A stretch of DNA of 64,000 nt from Alphaproteobacteria bacterium (GTDB lineage: Bacteria > Pseudomonadota > Alphaproteobacteria > Sphingomonadales > Sphingomonadaceae). This document shows positions 1 through 9,893 of the stretch, in pieces. How positions within the stretch are numbered: the first letter of the stretch is position 1; each line of letters starts with the position of its first letter. A program made the translations under genes and the position numbers. Location of the stretch: NCBI GenBank assembly GCA_030430365.1, contig JAUIFP010000005.1:1326-65325 (forward strand). Direction: 5' to 3'. The notes below the pieces were generated by a model that was given only the letters and a program-made list of their open reading frames with translations, was not told the origin of the DNA and did no database searches.

Positions 1-2
1 CC

Positions 3-656
3 GGCAACGCCTTCGTCGCCGAAGCCAAGCGCCAGCTTTACGGCGTGGTCGGCATCGACATGGTTGCAGGCCCGAGCGAGATCCTGGTGATCGCGGACGG
101 CAAGAACGATCCGGACTGGATCGCCGCCGACCTGCTTAGCCAGGCCGAGCACGATCCGGCTGCGCAATCGATCCTAATCACCGACGATCCCGTTTTCGCG
201 CGCGAGGTGGAAGACTGCGTCGATGTGCAGAGCGCCATGCTTTCCACCAACAAGACGGCCCGCGCGAGCTGGCAGAGCCACGGGCTGATCGTGGAAGTCA
301 CCAATCTGTCGGAAGCCCCGCGCCTGGCCAATGCGCTGGCGGCCGAACATATCGAACTGGCGGTGGACGATCCGGAAAGCCTGTTCGCTGAGATCCGCCA
401 CGCCGGCAGCGTGTTCCTGGGCCGCATGACGCCCGAGGCCGTGGGCGACTATGTCGCAGGGCCCAACCACGTGCTGCCCACAGGGCGGCGCGCACGCTTT
501 TCTTCCGGCCTATCCGTGCTCGATTTCATGAAGCGCACCAGCTTCATCGCCCTGGACAAAGGCGCGCTGGATAAGATCGGACCGGCGGCCGTCCGACTGG
601 CGGAGATGGAAGGCCTGCCTGCCCATGCCAAATCGGTGAAATTGAGGCTGAAATGA
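3..656 (+). CDS. hisD: Histidinol dehydrogenase (5'-truncated by window edge)
   Basis: Frame open from the window start (GNAFVAEAKRQLYGVVGIDMVAGPSE); motifs DLLSQAEHD, AAEHIEL, GDYVAGPNHVLPT, LSVLDFMKR. Confidence 0.97.
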   Translation, partial: GNAFVAEAKRQLYGVVGIDMVAGPSEILVIADGKNDPDWIAADLLSQAEHDPAAQSILITDDPVFAREVEDCVDVQSAMLSTNKTARASWQSHGLIVEVTNLSEAPRLANALAAEHIELAVDDPESLFAEIRHAGSVFLGRMTPEAVGDYVAGPNHVLPTGRRARFSSGLSVLDFMKRTSFIALDKGALDKIGPAAVRLAEMEGLPAHAKSVKLRLK

Positions 657-1099
657 ACGCCAGATCGAAATCCCGCTCCGCCGCCCGGCTTGCCGCCGTG
701 CAGGCGCTTTACCAGCACGAGATGGAAGCGACGCCCGTCGCCCGCCTGCTGGACGAGTTCCACCAGCACCGGCTGGGCGGGGATATAGAGGACGAGCAGC
801 TCGCCGCCGCGGAAGTCTCCTTCTTCGACGATATCGTGGAAGGCGTGATCGCCCGGCAGGAGGAAGTCGACGCGCTGCTCGATGCGCGGCTGTCCGAAGG
901 GTGGAACCTGAAGCGGCTGGACAAGACGATGCTCCAGATCCTGCGCGCAGGCGCCTATGAGCTGCTGGCACGGCCCGACGTGCCGCTGGGCAGCGCGATC
1001 AGCGAATATGTCGATGTTGCCCATGCCTTCTTCGATCCGCCGGACGCCAAATTCGTGAACGGCGTGCTCGATGGTGTGGCAAAGGCTGTCCGCAGCTAG
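653..1099 (+). CDS. nusB: Transcription antitermination factor NusB
   Basis: RSAARLAAVQALYQ, LDKTMLQILRAGAYEL, AISEYVDVA, KFVNGVLD; ATGA overlap with hisD. Confidence 0.96.
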   Translation: MNARSKSRSAARLAAVQALYQHEMEATPVARLLDEFHQHRLGGDIEDEQLAAAEVSFFDDIVEGVIARQEEVDALLDARLSEGWNLKRLDKTMLQILRAGAYELLARPDVPLGSAISEYVDVAHAFFDPPDAKFVNGVLDGVAKAVRS

Positions 1100-1187
1100 G
1101 CAATAGGCCTAAGGTCCCGACCGAGGGGCCAACCGAGCGACCGCATGAAGCCGCCTGCGCCCCTCTGTTGGAGAGAGGAGCGGAGCG

Positions 1188-1625
1188 ATGCAGATCGCCG
1201 CAAGGACAATGCGTTATCTCGATAGCGAGCACTTCGCGAATGTGTTGATGCTGACAGGGCGGATTCTGCTGGGCCTGCCCTTCCCGATCTTCGGCACGAT
1301 GAAATATCTCAACCATGAGAATATGAGCGCCTATATCGAAACGGGCGGACTTCCCGGCGAAATCATCTGGCTGGTCATCCCGTTTCAGATACTTTGCGGG
1401 CTTGCGGTTTGGATCGGCTTTAAGACGCGCTGGGCCGCATTCTTCCTGGGCGGTTTCTGCATTGTGGCCGCAACGATCTATCACAGCAATCTCGCCGATC
1501 CCGGCGAACTTGCCTCTTTCACAAAGGATTATGCAGCCGCCGGCGGCTTTCTGTTCCTGTGGAAGTTCGGCCCCGGAAAATATTCGATCGATGCGTGGCT
1601 GGCCCGCGGCAAGGCAGATATCTAA
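1188..1625 (+). CDS. DoxX family membrane protein
   Basis: Four hydrophobic segments; GRILLGL, GFKTRWAA, GPGKYSID signature. Confidence 0.85.
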   Translation: MQIAARTMRYLDSEHFANVLMLTGRILLGLPFPIFGTMKYLNHENMSAYIETGGLPGEIIWLVIPFQILCGLAVWIGFKTRWAAFFLGGFCIVAATIYHSNLADPGELASFTKDYAAAGGFLFLWKFGPGKYSIDAWLARGKADI

Positions 1626-1737
1626 CGCAGGCCGAGCGCTCAGATTGCCGGAATTATCGGAGAAAATCGGCAGATAAGAGCCATTTTGCGCCAAAGATTA
1701 AACCATTATCAACCACGCGAAGCTAAGCAACTGCTCG

Positions 1738-3246
1738 ATGGCCGTCGGAGGCTTGAGAGACTTGGCAAAGATAACACACTATCCGGGATCGCCCCGGAAA
1801 CGACCGGCACAACAATATCACGGCACTGAACCACTGGTTGCGTGGTCTCAGGATCTCTTGGCCATGCAGGCCAAGGTGAGCGAAGCCAATGGCCGGTTCT
1901 TCGAAGTGATGCAGACGGTTCTTGCATCCGCCCTGCACATGATGCCCGTGGCCGATGGCGGCGTCGTTGCGATCAGTGAAAAGGATCAGCTGGTCTTCAA
2001 GGCCGCGGCGGGGACGTCCTGGCCCTATCTGGGTTCGCGTGCCGAAATGGGCCATTGCATTGCAGAGCAATGCCTGCAGATCGGCCAGCCCATCGTGGTG
2101 GACGATACAAGGTCCGATCCGCGGGTCGATCAGGAAAATTTCCGGCCATCGGGCGCACGTTCCGCGCTGCTGGTGCCCCTGCCGCTCAATGGCAGGATCG
2201 CCGGACTTCTGGCCTTCTACTCGCGTGTTCCCGGCTGCTTCAATAGGCAGGACGTCTTGACCGCGCAGCTACTGGCCGGCCCGATCGTGATCGGTCTGGC
2301 AACAACCTCGCAGGCGCGGGCCGAACAAAAACTCGTCAGCGAAAGCAGGCGCTTTGCCGCGACCTTCGAACAGGCCGCGGTGGGCATTGCGCATGTCAGC
2401 CCCGCAGGCGAATTCATGCTGGTGAACGACCGCTTCTGCGAAATTGCCGGCCATTCCCGGGATGCCCTGCTGACCGGGGGATTCCAGAAGATCACCCATC
2501 CCGACGATCTGGATGCCGACCTCGCCCATGTGAACGACCTGCTGGAAGGCAGGGCGCTGACCTATTCGCTGGAAAAGCGCTATATCCGCCAGGACGGTGA
2601 AAGCGTGTGGGTCAACCTCACGGTTTCGCTTGTGCGGGACCAGAAAGGCGATCCCGAATTCTTCGTGGCGGTGATCGAGGACATTTCAAGCCGCAAGGAC
2701 GCAGAGGCCGATGCCGCGCACGATCAGCTGACCGGGCTGCTCAATCGCCGGGGGCTGCTGGAGCGGATGGAAATGGTCGTCAACGGGCGCCGCTCCACCG
2801 AACTTTCGCTGGCGGTAGCCTATATCGATCTCGACGGCTTCAAGACGATCAACGACCAGTTCGGCCATGCCGAAGGAGACCGCTGCCTGCAGCTGGTCGC
2901 CGCGGCGCTGAAGGACGTATTGCGCAATGTCGACGTTCTGGCGCGGCTTGGCGGCGACGAGTTTTTGGCGCTTTTGCCGGGATCCAACGTCGGCGCGGCC
3001 AATCACGTCATTCAGCGCATGCGCAGTGCCGTTACGGATACCGGCCGGCAGAATCCCTGGGAAATCTCCGCCAGTGTCGGCGCGGTCATCCTGCCGACCG
3101 GTGCCTGCGTAGAGCCTGCCGAAGCGCTCAATGCGGCCGACCGGCTGATGTACAAGGCCAAGCTTTCGCGCAGCCCGGAGCCGCTGGTGGAAGTGTACGA
3201 ACCAGACGGCCACAATGCTGAACGATCCAGGGACTGCCTGCACTGA
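1738..3246 (+). CDS. GAF-PAS-GGDEF diguanylate cyclase (start uncertain)
   Basis: GAF-like (SALLVPLPLNGRIAG), PAS (FEQAAVGIAHV...ITHPDD), HDQLTGLLNRR, DLDGFKTINDQFGH, ARLGGDEF. Confidence 0.9.
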   Translation: MAVGGLRDLAKITHYPGSPRKRPAQQYHGTEPLVAWSQDLLAMQAKVSEANGRFFEVMQTVLASALHMMPVADGGVVAISEKDQLVFKAAAGTSWPYLGSRAEMGHCIAEQCLQIGQPIVVDDTRSDPRVDQENFRPSGARSALLVPLPLNGRIAGLLAFYSRVPGCFNRQDVLTAQLLAGPIVIGLATTSQARAEQKLVSESRRFAATFEQAAVGIAHVSPAGEFMLVNDRFCEIAGHSRDALLTGGFQKITHPDDLDADLAHVNDLLEGRALTYSLEKRYIRQDGESVWVNLTVSLVRDQKGDPEFFVAVIEDISSRKDAEADAAHDQLTGLLNRRGLLERMEMVVNGRRSTELSLAVAYIDLDGFKTINDQFGHAEGDRCLQLVAAALKDVLRNVDVLARLGGDEFLALLPGSNVGAANHVIQRMRSAVTDTGRQNPWEISASVGAVILPTGACVEPAEALNAADRLMYKAKLSRSPEPLVEVYEPDGHNAERSRDCLH

Positions 3247-3378
3247 CCCTACCCGAAGGCCCGGCCACCCATAGTGAAGGGCAATTCGCCGCAGGCTGGG
3301 GAGAAACGCGACAAGATTATTACGCAAACCCCGCGTTTTCCTGTAAACTTCGCGCAAACAGGAATTGGGGTTGAACAC

Positions 3379-3513
3379 ATGAAGAAGATACTCATCGCAT
3401 TCGCGCTGCTCTCTGGTTTTGCCACCTCTGGATGCATAGCGTTGCTCGGCGCCGCCGGCGGCGCAACGGCCGTCGCCTGCACCGAAGACGAACTGGATTG
3501 CCCGGTAGACTAG
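3379..3513 (+). CDS. Small putative lipoprotein (44 aa)
   Basis: MKKILIAFALLSGFATSG-C lipobox-like signal, Gly-zipper-like LLGAAGGATA, purine-rich upstream sequence. Confidence 0.65.
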   Translation: MKKILIAFALLSGFATSGCIALLGAAGGATAVACTEDELDCPVD

Positions 3514-3543
3514 GCCAACCGATATAGCTGCCGGCCAGGCGCG

Positions 3544-4383
3544 CTAGGGAGCCTCTGCGAAGACCCAGTCCAGATAGGCGGCCAGCCGCACGCCCGATTG
3601 CAGCAGCCGTTCTTCCATGACCGGTGTCCAGCGCCAATTATATCCGAAGGAAAGGACGGCCGGCGCTTCCTGCGTCCCCTCGTCCAGCTCCCCACCGGTT
3701 TCCGGATAGATCCGGTCGCGCAGTGCCGCGCTCTCGTCGATCCAGTGAAGCGGGTCGGCATCCCAGTCCGCGATCACTTCGTCGGGAGTCAGCCGCGCTT
3801 CCAGCCGCTCGGCATAATCCGAATAGCTGAGCTGCTGGCGCAGGATCATGCCCTCGTCCCACACCCAGTGCAGGTTCGTCGCCTCGTCGAACCACAGGAC
3901 CTTGAAATCGTTGCCCCCGCGATCCGTGCCGCTCCCGGCATGCAGCGGCATGTGCAGGTCCGACACGATATGCGCGGTGAAGCGCAGCGCCCGCGCCTTG
4001 GCATCCCGGCTCGCCGCCGGATCGCGCAATGTCGCAGCGAAACCTTCCAGAGCGGTCAGCGCATCGCCTTCGGCCGGATGCTCGATCTCCGTCGCGTCCC
4101 TTCCCGGCGGCAGCGTCACATAGTGAAAGGGAGAGGCCGTTTCCTGCCAGAACGGATCGGGATTGGCGCGCTCCTCATCGGGGACAGTGCTGGCTTCCGG
4201 CAGGCCTTCGCTGCCCAATATCCGCTCGACATGGGCGCGGGTTTGTCCGCCGATATTGCGCTGGGCAATTTCTGCGCTTACGCGGTGGCCGATCGGGCCC
4301 CAGGCATATGCCGGCGAGGCACCGGCAAGCGACAGGGCGGACGATAGCAGGGCGGTAATGGTGATCTTGGCAACAGCTTTCAT
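3544..4383 (-). CDS. S1/P1 nuclease, exported
   Basis: Signal peptide ending AYA then WGPIGH, FHYV, HIVSDLHMPLH, DRGGN, NLHWVWD; start taken at MKAVAK. Confidence 0.92.
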   Translation of the reverse strand: MKAVAKITITALLSSALSLAGASPAYAWGPIGHRVSAEIAQRNIGGQTRAHVERILGSEGLPEASTVPDEERANPDPFWQETASPFHYVTLPPGRDATEIEHPAEGDALTALEGFAATLRDPAASRDAKARALRFTAHIVSDLHMPLHAGSGTDRGGNDFKVLWFDEATNLHWVWDEGMILRQQLSYSDYAERLEARLTPDEVIADWDADPLHWIDESAALRDRIYPETGGELDEGTQEAPAVLSFGYNWRWTPVMEERLLQSGVRLAAYLDWVFAEAP

Positions 4384-4464
4384 ACCGGATCGTGTCCTTG
4401 CACGGGCTCGCTTGGAAATGATCCCATCCATGGCAGGGAAGCATGGCAAGGCTGTGAAACCGCA

Positions 4465-5346
4465 ATGACCACCGAAAGCGCCTTTATCGAAAGCCTGCGC
4501 GCCTTGGCGAGCGACCCCGCCGCGCGCGGCCTGATGGACGATACCGCCGTGCTGGAAGTGGGCGGCGAAGCGCTGGTGCTGACGCATGACATGCTGGTGG
4601 AAGGCGTGCATTTCCTGCCCGGCGCCGACATGGCCGACATCGCCTGGAAGCTCGTCGCCTGCAATCTGTCCGACCTTGCCGCCAAGGGTGCGGAGCCGCT
4701 GGGCGTGCTGCTGGGCTTCATGCTGGGCAGCGACGAAGCCGATGCCCGCTTTGCAGAAGGGCTGGAAGAGGTGCTGGCGCATTATGGCGTTCCCCTGCTG
4801 GGTGGCGATACCGTTTCGGGCGGCCCGCCCCGCTCCTTCGGACTCACCGCGATCGGCCGGGCGACGCATAGCCCGGTGCCCAGCCGCAGCGGCGCAAAGC
4901 CGGGCGATGCGCTATATGTCACCGGGCCTTTGGGCGCCGCGATGATGGGCTGCGAAGCGCTGCAGGAGGGCACGGCGCAGGACAGCACGGCCTATCGCCG
5001 GCCCATGGCCCGCCTGCCGGAAAGCTGGGCTTTGGCGCCGCTTGTCAGCGCAATGATGGACATTTCGGACGGTCTGCTGCTCGATGCCGCCCGCATGGCG
5101 CACGCCAGCGGCGTCACGATGGCGATCGACAGCGCGGCCGTGCCCATCGACGCGCCCGAGGATCGGCGTCAGGATGCGCTGCGCTGGGGCGACGATTACG
5201 AGCTTCTCTTCACCTTGCCGGAAGCAGCCGAGCTGCCCATCACCGCCCACCGCATCGGCAGCGTGCAGGCGGGCGGAAACGCGCCGATCATGCTGGACGG
5301 CAAGCCGCTGAGCGAAGCGGACGGATTGGGCTATCAGCACGGATAG
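4465..5346 (+). CDS. thiL: Thiamine-monophosphate kinase
   Basis: GLMDDTAV, DMLVEGVHF, NLSDLAAKGA, LLGGDT, MMDISDGL, GDDYEL. Confidence 0.95.
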   Translation: MTTESAFIESLRALASDPAARGLMDDTAVLEVGGEALVLTHDMLVEGVHFLPGADMADIAWKLVACNLSDLAAKGAEPLGVLLGFMLGSDEADARFAEGLEEVLAHYGVPLLGGDTVSGGPPRSFGLTAIGRATHSPVPSRSGAKPGDALYVTGPLGAAMMGCEALQEGTAQDSTAYRRPMARLPESWALAPLVSAMMDISDGLLLDAARMAHASGVTMAIDSAAVPIDAPEDRRQDALRWGDDYELLFTLPEAAELPITAHRIGSVQAGGNAPIMLDGKPLSEADGLGYQHG

Positions 5347-5368
5347 GGCGGCGGCGGACCGCCTCTCC

Positions 5369-5965
5369 TCACCGCCTGACCCAGGGTTCCTCGCTCGGTT
5401 CGATCGCGATCTTTCCTGCATAGGGCCGGCAGAGTTCCCACGCGTCTTTGGGGCTGCCTTCCAGCCATTGGCTGTACATCGCTGCATCCAGGATCACCGG
5501 CATCCGGTCATGCACATGGCTGGTCGCTTCCGAAGCATCCGTCATCACCATGCTGAAGACCGGGCCCCATTCGTCGCTGCCGCGCCAGATGCCCCCGCAG
5601 GCAAAGGCCGGCACGTCCGGCAGCGAAAGCCAGGTGCGCGTCTTCCCGCCCTTGGGCCCTTGCGCCTCGGCAAAAGCGGTCATCGGGATCAGGCAGCGCC
5701 TGTCTTCGAAGCTGCTTCGCCAGAAGGGGGAGCGCAGCTTGTCGCACCGCGCATTGTTCACCGGCTTGGGCTTCAACGCCTGGCCGTTCTTGCCCTTCAG
5801 CGTGAGCGGGAAGCCCCAGGCCATGGTCTGCATGCGCCCCTCAGCAATCACATAGCCGGGATAGCCGGGATAAACCTCCTGCCCGACATTGCCTGCACGG
5901 GCCTGCACGTCGAACAGGCTGGCCATTTCATCGACCGTGCGCGTCATGCGGTAGAGATTGCACAT
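5369..5965 (-). CDS. SOS response-associated peptidase (SRAP/HMCES family, abasic-site protection)
   Basis: N-terminal MCNLY with catalytic Cys2, NNAR, RCLIPMTAFAE, HDRMPVIL. Confidence 0.92.
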   Translation of the reverse strand: MCNLYRMTRTVDEMASLFDVQARAGNVGQEVYPGYPGYVIAEGRMQTMAWGFPLTLKGKNGQALKPKPVNNARCDKLRSPFWRSSFEDRRCLIPMTAFAEAQGPKGGKTRTWLSLPDVPAFACGGIWRGSDEWGPVFSMVMTDASEATSHVHDRMPVILDAAMYSQWLEGSPKDAWELCRPYAGKIAIEPSEEPWVRR

Positions 5966-6051
5966 GGCGGCAGCCTAGCCCGGCCGCCGGCAGCTTGCCA
6001 CAGGCAAGGCACGCATGGGGCCCGCTCCGCCGCCGTCAGCCGGCCGCGATA

Positions 6052-6125
6052 CGAATCATACACTCACGATGAGAAATAACCGTATAGGTTAGATCAAAAT
6101 CGCAGCGTGTAGGAAAGCGCTTTTT
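6052..6125. repeat. Conserved intergenic element, copy 1 (palindromic core TAACC-GTATA-GGTTA)
   Basis: 23 bp AAATAACCGTATAGGTTAGATCA (6074-6096) and 13 bp GTGTAGGAAAGCG (6107-6119) identical to copy at 56577-56652. Confidence 0.85.
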
Positions 6126-6150
6126 CCGATCCTCTTGGGATCGGGCCGGA

Positions 6151-7134
6151 TCAGTGCGCGGAAACGTCCACGCCCTGGCGGCGCAGCACATCCTTCAGCG
6201 CGTGATAGGCCTCGCGCTGGCGGTGGTTCGGAATGCCCGGATAGAGGTGATGGATCAGGTGGTATTCCATCGCCATCGAAGCCCAGTAACCCAGCCGGGC
6301 CTTGAAGATGCGGGTGTTCTGGTACCGCCCGCGATTCTGCGGGAAGTGCGGCGCGAAGCTGAGCCAGTAACGGATCCAGGACAGGCCGAGCTGGCGCGGC
6401 AGCCACCACAGCACCGCGACTTCGATCGCATAGCCGGCCCAGGCCATGGAGAAGAAGGTTCCGAACATTATCAGCTGCAGAATGGTGGTTTCCATCGCCG
6501 CCTTGCGGGATGCCGGCGTATTCATGTCCACCATCATCCGCTTGTAGCGGTGCACCGATCCTTCGACGCCGGGTTGGCGGTTCCACCAGGTCTTGATGAT
6601 CGCCTTCCACCAATTCTCCGCGCCGTCCGTATAGTCGGGATCGCGCACCGGATCGTTGGTGTATTTGTGGTGCTCCATATGCGTGAGCCGCGCCACGCCG
6701 AAACCCAGCGCGATCGGGATCGTGGAAATGAAACCCGTCAGCTCGTTGATCCAGTAGAGCTTGTGCCCGCGCGGATAGATGTTGGAATGCATCGCCTCAT
6801 GGCTCGGGATGAAGCCATAGGCGCACACGAATGTCGAAAAGGCGCAGCCGATCGCCAGGCCGACCGGGCCGAGATAGCCCATGATCGCCAGCGGGAACAT
6901 CGCCACCCAGGCCACAAAGCACGCCACGGTGAGCGCGGCATAGACCCAGCTGCGCCCGCCATGGAAACGCATCGCGATCTCACGCTCTTCCTTCATCAGC
7001 TGGCGGCGTGTGTGCTGATCCAGGCTGTCATCCGCTTCGAGCGAGATAACCGGCCCGTCTTCGACGGGTATGACAACGGGTGCATCGATCGTGTCTTGCG
7101 AAAGCATGTCGTCCTTGATCGGTCCGTCGGTCAT
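6151..7134 (-). CDS. Fatty acid desaturase / carotenoid hydroxylase family di-iron membrane enzyme
   Basis: Three His boxes HEAMH, HMEHHKYTND, YHLIHHLYP plus TM segments. Confidence 0.88.
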   Translation of the reverse strand: MTDGPIKDDMLSQDTIDAPVVIPVEDGPVISLEADDSLDQHTRRQLMKEEREIAMRFHGGRSWVYAALTVACFVAWVAMFPLAIMGYLGPVGLAIGCAFSTFVCAYGFIPSHEAMHSNIYPRGHKLYWINELTGFISTIPIALGFGVARLTHMEHHKYTNDPVRDPDYTDGAENWWKAIIKTWWNRQPGVEGSVHRYKRMMVDMNTPASRKAAMETTILQLIMFGTFFSMAWAGYAIEVAVLWWLPRQLGLSWIRYWLSFAPHFPQNRGRYQNTRIFKARLGYWASMAMEYHLIHHLYPGIPNHRQREAYHALKDVLRRQGVDVSAH

Positions 7135-7161
7135 GTTTCCAACCCCGTCTTCGCGCGCCTG

Positions 7162-7356
7162 CTAGATCCAGCGGCCCTTGATATTTGCATAGAGGCCCCA
7201 CGCCCCACCAAATGCCAGCCCGAAGGCGATGCGGCTCATGCCGAAGGGCCCATCGATGTCCCAATAGGTCATCAGCTGCGCCGTAAGCGGCGCAATGAAA
7301 CCGATCCCGAACAGGAACGGCATGATCAGGAACAATTTGCGGATCGCTTCGGTCAT
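7162..7356 (-). CDS. Small two-TM membrane protein upstream of the desaturase
   Basis: MTEAIRKLFLIMPFLFGIGFIAPL...GGAWGLYANIKGRWI; same strand, 27 bp before desaturase start. Confidence 0.7.
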   Translation of the reverse strand: MTEAIRKLFLIMPFLFGIGFIAPLTAQLMTYWDIDGPFGMSRIAFGLAFGGAWGLYANIKGRWI

Positions 7357-7606
7357 ATCATTAAGATCGCATAAACCATTGTGTTGCGCAAGATTCCTTG
7401 GATTAATTCGAAAATTAACCATGCGCCCGGAATTCGGCCGCAAGGGCATGCGCCAAGGGCGCGCGCGCAGCGCCGATTCCGCCGCCCGATCGGGCGCAAT
7501 CTTATAAGGCTTGCTTAGATGCGATGCGGCCTATAGCCACCGACGCTCTTCCATACCGCGATAACGCCGGGTGGAAGGAACCGATTCCATAGAGGGGGAG
7601 AGCTTC

Positions 7607-9697
7607 GTGGATCTAGTAACAATCGCAATCGTACTGGGGCTGCTGGCCGTGATATACGGCTTCGTCACCAGCAGGCAGGTGCTCTCAGCGAGCGCCGGCA
7701 ATGAGAAAATGCAAGAAATCGCCGGCGCCATTCAGGAGGGCGCACAGGCCTATCTCGGCCGCCAATACCGCACCATCGCGATGGTCGGTGTGGCAGTGGC
7801 CGTGCTGGTCGGAATCTTTCTGGGCATCACTTCGGCGATCGGATTCGTGATCGGTGCAGTGCTGTCGGGCGCTGCGGGATATATCGGGATGAACATCTCG
7901 GTACGCTCCAACGTGCGTACCGCTCAGGCCGCAAGCGAAGGCTTGCAGCAGGGGCTCACGCTGGCCTTCCGCGCCGGCGCGATCACCGGACTGCTGGTGG
8001 CTGGGCTCGCCCTGCTCGCGATCTCGGTGTTCTACTGGTACCTGACGGCAGTGGGCGGACACGCCGTGAACAGCCGCCACGTGGTGGACGCTCTGGTCGC
8101 TCTGGCCTTCGGCGCTTCGCTGATCTCTATCTTCGCCCGGCTTGGCGGCGGGATCTTCACCAAGGCAGCCGATGTCGGCGCCGACCTGGTCGGCAAGGTG
8201 GAAGCGGGCATTCCCGAAGACGATCCCCGCAACCCTGCCGTGATTGCGGACAATGTGGGCGACAATGTGGGCGACTGCGCCGGCATGGCCGCCGACCTGT
8301 TCGAAACCTATGTCGTGACGGTAGGCGCCACCATGGTGCTGATCGCCCTTCTGGCGAGCGGCGCGGGCGAGCTTCTGCCCAACCTGATGGCCTTGCCGCT
8401 GTTCATCGGCGGCGTGTGCATCGCGGCCTCGATCGTGGGCACCTATTTCGTCAGGCTCGGCAGTTCGAACAGCGTCATGGGCGCGATGTACAAGGGCTTC
8501 GGCGTATCGGCCGTGCTTTCCGCGATCCTGATCTGGTTTGCCACCAGCTATGCGCTGGGCGGCATGAACCACATGATCGGCGATACGGAATTGACCGGGC
8601 GCACGCTGTTCTGCTGCGCGCTGCTGGGCCTCGTCATCACCGGCCTGATCATCTGGATTACCGAGTATTACACGGGCACCAATTTCCGCCCGGTACGCTC
8701 GATCGCCAAGGCTTCGGAAACGGGGCACGGCACCAATGTGATCCAGGGCCTGGCGATCAGCCTTGAAGCGACCGCCCTGCCCACGCTGGTGATCGTTGCA
8801 GGCATCGTCATATCCTTCCAGCTGGCGGGCTTGATCGGCATCGCCTTCGCGGCAACGGCGATGCTTGCTCTGGCGGGCATGGTCGTGGCGCTGGATGCCT
8901 ACGGCCCGGTTACGGACAATGCCGGTGGCATTGCCGAAATGGCCGGCCTGGACGAAGGCGTGCGCGCCAAGACGGACCTGCTCGATGCCGTGGGCAACAC
9001 GACCAAGGCCGTGACCAAGGGCTATGCGATCGGCTCGGCCGGTCTGGGCGCATTGGTGCTGTTCGGGGCCTACACCACGGATCTGGGATTGTTCTTCCCG
9101 GAACTGTCGGTGAATTTCAGCCTCGAAAATCCCTATGTCATCGTCGGCCTGTTCCTGGGTGCCCTGCTGCCATATCTGTTCGGCGCGCTGGGCATGACCG
9201 CCGTGGGGCGCGCCGCGGGCGACGTGGTGAAGGACGTGCGTGAACAGTTCGCCTCCGATCCCGGCATCATGGCCGGCACCAGCCGTCCCAACTATGCCAA
9301 GACGGTGGACCTGGTGACCAAGGCGGCGATCAAGGAAATGATCGTGCCTTCGCTGCTTCCGGTGCTGACGCCGATCGTGGTCTATTTCGTGATCACGGCG
9401 GTTGCGGGCCAGGCTAACGGCTTTGCCGCGCTGGGCGCCCTGCTGCTGGGCGTGATCGTGGGCGGGCTGTTCGTCGCGCTTTCGATGACGTCGGGAGGCG
9501 GCGCCTGGGACAACGCCAAGAAGTATATCGAAGACGGCAATCACGGCGGCAAGGGCTCCGACGCCCACCATGCCGCGGTGACCGGCGACACGGTTGGCGA
9601 TCCCTACAAGGACACGGCCGGGCCGGCGGTGAACCCAATGATCAAGATCACCAATATCGTCGCGCTGCTTCTGCTCGCGGCGTTGGCGGCACACTGA
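7607..9697 (+). CDS. hppA: Membrane H+-translocating pyrophosphatase, K+-independent type
   Basis: [35 protein letters not shown] (Lys signature of K+-independent enzymes), [10 protein letters not shown]; GTG start with GGGGAG RBS. Confidence 0.95.
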   Translation: MDLVTIAIVLGLLAVIYGFVTSRQVLSASAGNEKMQEIAGAIQEGAQAYLGRQYRTIAMVGVAVAVLVGIFLGITSAIGFVIGAVLSGAAGYIGMNISVRSNVRTAQAASEGLQQGLTLAFRAGAITGLLVAGLALLAISVFYWYLTAVGGHAVNSRHVVDALVALAFGASLISIFARLGGGIFTKAADVGADLVGKVEAGIPEDDPRNPAVIADNVGDNVGDCAGMAADLFETYVVTVGATMVLIALLASGAGELLPNLMALPLFIGGVCIAASIVGTYFVRLGSSNSVMGAMYKGFGVSAVLSAILIWFATSYALGGMNHMIGDTELTGRTLFCCALLGLVITGLIIWITEYYTGTNFRPVRSIAKASETGHGTNVIQGLAISLEATALPTLVIVAGIVISFQLAGLIGIAFAATAMLALAGMVVALDAYGPVTDNAGGIAEMAGLDEGVRAKTDLLDAVGNTTKAVTKGYAIGSAGLGALVLFGAYTTDLGLFFPELSVNFSLENPYVIVGLFLGALLPYLFGALGMTAVGRAAGDVVKDVREQFASDPGIMAGTSRPNYAKTVDLVTKAAIKEMIVPSLLPVLTPIVVYFVITAVAGQANGFAALGALLLGVIVGGLFVALSMTSGGGAWDNAKKYIEDGNHGGKGSDAHHAAVTGDTVGDPYKDTAGPAVNPMIKITNIVALLLLAALAAH

Positions 9698-9722
9698 TCA
9701 CGCCAGGCCGTCAGGCACATTC

Positions 9723-9759
9723 AAGGCCCCGTCCGGAGCGATTCGGCGGGGCCTTTTTT
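9723..9759 (+). terminator. Rho-independent terminator after hppA
   Basis: AAGGCCCCG...CGGGGCCTT stem followed by T run. Confidence 0.85.
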
Positions 9760-9893
9760 GGCCCCTATTCCGCCTCCACGGCGCAAAAAGGTTGCTCATG
9801 GGCAACACAAAACTGCAATCGCTTAGCTCAATTGCCTTAAAATCGCGGTGCTGCGTTGACCTTTGGATTGCTGCGCAGCATTACGACCCGTCA

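Noticed and set aside
4384-4869. N-terminal extension of the S1/P1 nuclease ORF
   Set aside because: Overlaps thiL antisense; signal peptide begins at 4383
7685-9694. 669-aa minus-strand ORF
   Set aside because: Antisense shadow of hppA
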